Positions 60,492 to 64,000 of a stretch of DNA of 64,000 nt are shown here, in pieces (within the stretch, counting starts at the first letter, position 1; every line of letters starts with the position of its first letter). The notes beneath the pieces are model-generated. The model had not been told where the DNA came from and ran no database searches. It was given only the letters and a program-made list of their open reading frames with translations. Made by a program: the position numbers and the translations under genes. Source of the stretch: Eledone cirrhosa (lineage: Eukaryota). Location: the NCBI GenBank assembly GCA_964016885.1, contig OZ024742.1, positions 362,576,001 through 362,640,000 on the forward strand, read 5' to 3'.

Positions 60492-60547
60492 GTGTGTCTG
60501 TATGTAGGTGTGTATATGTTTATATGTGTGCATGTGTGTGTATGTCA

Positions 60548-60584
<37 letters not shown>

Positions 60585-60779
60585 TGAACAACAACAGAAA
60601 TAAGACATTACGACTATTTATTAGTTATGTTTATCTCCTTACAGACTATCCGGCGGTGGTGAGATCATGAAAGAGCTGGTGTATGTATCTGTGTAACAGA
60701 TACGTATTCAGTATGAACAGTATATTTCATAATGTAAATGACTAGATGCCGTATAGGAAATACTTGAATATTGAATAAC

Positions 60780-61193
60780 AAAATATGGTTAATTGAAAGT
60801 GAAAATAGTTTCAATATATTTGAAAGTATTGTCTAGTTAAAGTATCTCGGGGTCGTGTTCATATGTGATGGAAGAACGAGGCTGAATTATGTGCACGAAT
60901 TGCAGGAGCTGCTACAATAATGCGACAGCTTTAGTATTCAGTATTCAGAATAAAGGAAGTATTCGTGCCAACACTTATCTATGCTCAGGAATCTTAGGTA
61001 TTGACCGAAAGAATACGATTGCGAATACAATCGGCGGAAACATGCGTTCCTCCTACTAAGGGGATCGGGTTAGAATGACTCAGGAAAGAATCGCTGGACA
61101 AATTATAAGGGCATATCTAACCGGAAGAAGAAGAAGAAGAAGAAGAAGAAGAAGAAGAAGAAGAAGAAGAAGAAGAAGAAGAAGAAGAAGAAG

Positions 61194-61222
<29 letters not shown>
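60780..61222 (+). mobile_element. Decayed RTE-clade LINE 3' fragment ending in a (GAA)n tract
   Basis: Translated fragments LKYLGVVFICDGR..AELCARIAGAATIMRQL and VFVPTLIYAQES*VLTERIRLRIQSAE, typical of the RTE/Expander C-terminal RT region; (GAA)n at 61124-61222. Confidence 0.7.
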
Positions 61223-61224
<2 letters not shown>

Positions 61225-61519
61225 CTATTGAAATAGGATTAGCCAATGAGGAAAACGTAGTGACTATTACTCTGATTGGGGCTTCCCAACATACTACCCA
61301 CCAAGCCACACGATTTATTGTTTTTTTTATGACAATAAAACCATTGTTAAAACCTAGAGAAGTTGATGTAAGAAAAGACAACACACAGATCCAAATATTA
61401 AAACAGTATCAACAATGATAACAAAAATATTTGAATTTTGATAAAATTCTTTCGATCACTGGGTTTGTAATGTGGACAATAAACTAGGTAAAGAAGGAAT
61501 AGAACTCTGGCAGCAGGAA

Positions 61520-61763
61520 ACCACACCACCACCACCACAAACACCAATGACCGCAACACACAACACCACCACCACCATCACCACTGTAACCACCACCACC
61601 ATCACTACCACAACCACCACCACCACCACCACTACCACCACCACCACTATCACCGCCAGCAGCAACCGCAACACACACCACCACCTCACCAAAACAAACA
61701 CACATTAATCGCAATAACAACAACAAAACATATAACAATAATAATAATAATAATAATAATAAT
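61520..61763. repeat. (ACC)n / (AAC)n / (AAT)n low-complexity tract
   Basis: Direct reading. Confidence 0.85.
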
Positions 61764-61805
61764 GATTTCATTTATTAGCCACCAGGGCCGACATGTAGGG
61801 GACAA
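61764..61805 (-). mobile_element. 42-bp extreme 3' end of a Tx1-type element (copy F) within (AAT)n
   Basis: Minus strand TTGTCCCCTACATGTCGGCCCTGGTGGCTAATAAATGAAATC matches the 3' terminal motif of the other copies. Confidence 0.65.
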
Positions 61806-61825
61806 ATAATAATAATAATAATAAT

Positions 61826-62224
61826 GCTTTCTTTATTAACCACAAGGGTTTACACAAAGTAGACATTAAGGACAGTACAGGACAATACAGGACGGTACAA
61901 ATGGGCATTTCTGCGTGTAAAAAACAAAAAAACAGAGGATGTAATAATAGAACAATGAAAAATTCCCCAATAGGGGGGAGACTTCCGAGGGCCATCGTGG
62001 AGAAAGCCCATTAAAGAAAAGCCACGGTGATCCTGACCACCAGGGAAATTGTCCTCTCCCAGTTTTCCACCTTCAATTTACAGGCATATACTCAGAGTAG
62101 GTCCACTCACTCGGGCCATTCTTGCCTCTCTCACCCATCTTTCAACAAAAAGCTGGGAAGAGAGCACCTCCCTCTCTACCCTGATTTTCCTTTTCAAATG
62201 AAATTGCAAAAAGTTAATCAGGGC
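61826..62224 (-). mobile_element. 5'-truncated Tx1 copy E within (AAT)n
   Basis: Closely similar to 62290-62700; (AAT)n on both sides. Confidence 0.9.
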
Positions 62225-62289
<65 letters not shown>

Positions 62290-62291
<2 letters not shown>

Positions 62292-64000
62292 TTTCTTTAT
62301 TAACCACAAGGGTTTACATAAAGTAGACATTAAAGACAGTGCAGGACAATGCAGGACGGTACAAATGGGCATTTCTGCGTGTAAAAAAACAAAAACAGAG
62401 GATGTAACAAAAATAACAATGAAAATAACAATGAAAAATTCCCCAATAGGGGGGAGACTTCGGAGGGACATTTGTGGAGAAAGCCCAGTAAAAAGCCACA
62501 ATGACCCTGACCACCAAGGCAAGTGCCCTCTCCCAGTTTTCCACCTTTAGTTTACAGATATATACTCAGAGTCGGCCCATTCACTCGGGCCATTCTTGCT
62601 TCTCTCACCCATCTTTCAACAAAATGCTGGGAAGAGAGCACTTCCTTCTCTACTCTGATTTTCCTTTTCAAATGAAATTTGAAAAAGTCAATCAGAGCAT
62701 CACCGAAGAGGTAAGTGCTCGTCTTCAGCCCTTTCAAACGTGTCCACCATACTATCTCTTTCGCCATGGCCACCAGACAGATAAAAACTGCCTGCCCTTC
62801 CCGGCTAAAGGAGGAGGGCGGGGCAATCCTCACGATAGACTCAGATGATAGCTGGATCCGTCCTAAACGCGACAGCAGGTGTTCGACATAAACCCACAAG
62901 TCAGCAATTTTCGGACACTGGACGAGTGCGTGCAGGACGGTTTCGTCGCCCTGCGCGCATCTCGGACATGCCCGGCTGACGGCACCTCCATGCCTGTAGA
63001 GTTTATCCCGAACTGGCAAGGCTCCTCGGTAGCACTGCCAGGCCAGAGATTTCTGGAAGTTGTCCATAGGCCCTGGCCCGAAAGTTCTTCCGAAGAGATT
63101 GGCTAGTTGATTTTCGTCGACGCCTAGAGTTTCCCCAAGTACGTCGTCGCTCTTCCCCTCCACTAATCCTCTATAGAACGCCGAGGTGGAGTTTCCACCG
63201 ATCACATTGCCCGATTGGTCGAGGGCTGTGAGCGCCTGAAGACATTCCAGTCTCCAGGCGCTCCCTCTCGGTCTTCGCTTGACCCAGGACTGCAGCTCCG
63301 TCAAGGAAACGAGCTGGGGAAAAACGCGTCTAGCAAACGGCGACCACACCTGATCACCGTCGAGGAAGAGGTGGAGATGTCGTAGCCTGAGCGCGTGCCT
63401 GCGCATCATCAGCCACGGCATGCCCAGCCCTCCACGTAGCGGGTGTTGACAACAGATGGACCGCCTGACCATCGGAGCACGTCCCTTCCACAAAAAGCGA
63501 AAGAGCAAACGCTCCAGCGCAGTCAGGCGAGGCTTAGGACAAGGTACGACGGTTAGGCGGTAGCAGATGACAGACGCGATGTACGCGTTAGCCACCTCCG
63601 CTCGACCTTTCAGGGATAGCTTCCTCTCCGCCCATTTCTGGGTGAGAGAAGCCACCCTGCTCGTCACCTCGTCCCAGTTTTTGTCCGTCTGGAGGTCCGG
63701 ACCGAACCAGACCCCTAGCAATTTAACCGGTCCGTCCGTCCAGCGCCCGACGACGCTGTTGGACGGCATGGACCTGCCTCTCCAGGTGCCGAGCTGCAGG
63801 CCCACTGACTTTTCCTGGTTGATCATTGCTCCTGTCACCGCTTCGTATTCTCTTAGTGTAGTGCCGATCGCCTCGATGTGTTTGGCGTTCGACACCACTA
63901 CGGTGACATCGTCCGCATATGCTGACACGGATCTTCCGCATCCTAGTTCGCGCGGGACTCCCCTCAACGTCTCCAGTTTGTGCAGTAATGGCTCGAGAGT
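62290..64000 (-). mobile_element. Tx1-type retrotransposon copy D (3' part; continues beyond the window)
   Basis: Homologous to copies A and B; 3' end GTGGTTAATAAAGAAATC followed by (ATT)n. Confidence 0.93.
62552..64000 (-). CDS. Tx1 ORF2 C-terminal half (RT YADD, thumb, CxxC...H...C), uninterrupted in the window
   Basis: SAYADDVTV, VKLLGVWFG, GGLGMP, CPRC...ETVLHALVQC; no stops over >471 codons. Confidence 0.88.
   Translation of the reverse strand, partial: TLEPLLHKLETLRGVPRELGCGRSVSAYADDVTVVVSNAKHIEAIGTTLREYEAVTGAMINQEKSVGLQLGTWRGRSMPSNSVVGRWTDGPVKLLGVWFGPDLQTDKNWDEVTSRVASLTQKWAERKLSLKGRAEVANAYIASVICYRLTVVPCPKPRLTALERLLFRFLWKGRAPMVRRSICCQHPLRGGLGMPWLMMRRHALRLRHLHLFLDGDQVWSPFARRVFPQLVSLTELQSWVKRRPRGSAWRLECLQALTALDQSGNVIGGNSTSAFYRGLVEGKSDDVLGETLGVDENQLANLFGRTFGPGPMDNFQKSLAWQCYRGALPVRDKLYRHGGAVSRACPRCAQGDETVLHALVQCPKIADLWVYVEHLLSRLGRIQLSSESIVRIAPPSSFSREGQAVFICLVAMAKEIVWWTRLKGLKTSTYLFGDALIDFFKFHLKRKIRVEKEVLSSQHFVERWVREARMARVNGPTLSIYL

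Noticed and set aside
61223-61520. Possible retrotransposon ORF1 fragment before the (ACC)n tract
   Set aside because: No diagnostic motif such as a zinc knuckle; compositional resemblance only.

Overview
This is eukaryotic (metazoan) repeat-dominated DNA with no convincing host gene; two SINE-like fragments resemble Octopus repeats, from recall only. Contents: (1) three co-oriented L1/Tx1-type non-LTR retrotransposons, one full-length but mutated, each embedded in a (TACC)n microsatellite, plus three related minus-strand copies embedded in (AAT)n; (2) a ~22 kb satellite built from a ~36-bp unit with higher-order duplications; (3) a decayed Penelope-like element (RT + GIY-YIG), rearranged Helitron pieces, and CR1- and RTE-type LINE remnants; (4) several mini- and microsatellites. 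The most striking signal is non-coding. A near-perfect tandem array of a 310-bp unit (53921-59135; 16 full copies + 1 partial) carries in every copy a type I hammerhead ribozyme with a palindromic minimal stem III, inside a highly base-paired unit, i.e. a retrozyme/circRNA-like concatemer. At least five further, sequence-distinct hammerhead motifs lie in foldback or pLTR-like elements whose 3' ends abut (TA)n tracts, suggesting several hammerhead-bearing elements mobilised by a Penelope-like RT. Nearly all long low-complexity ORFs in the track are artefacts of simple repeats.
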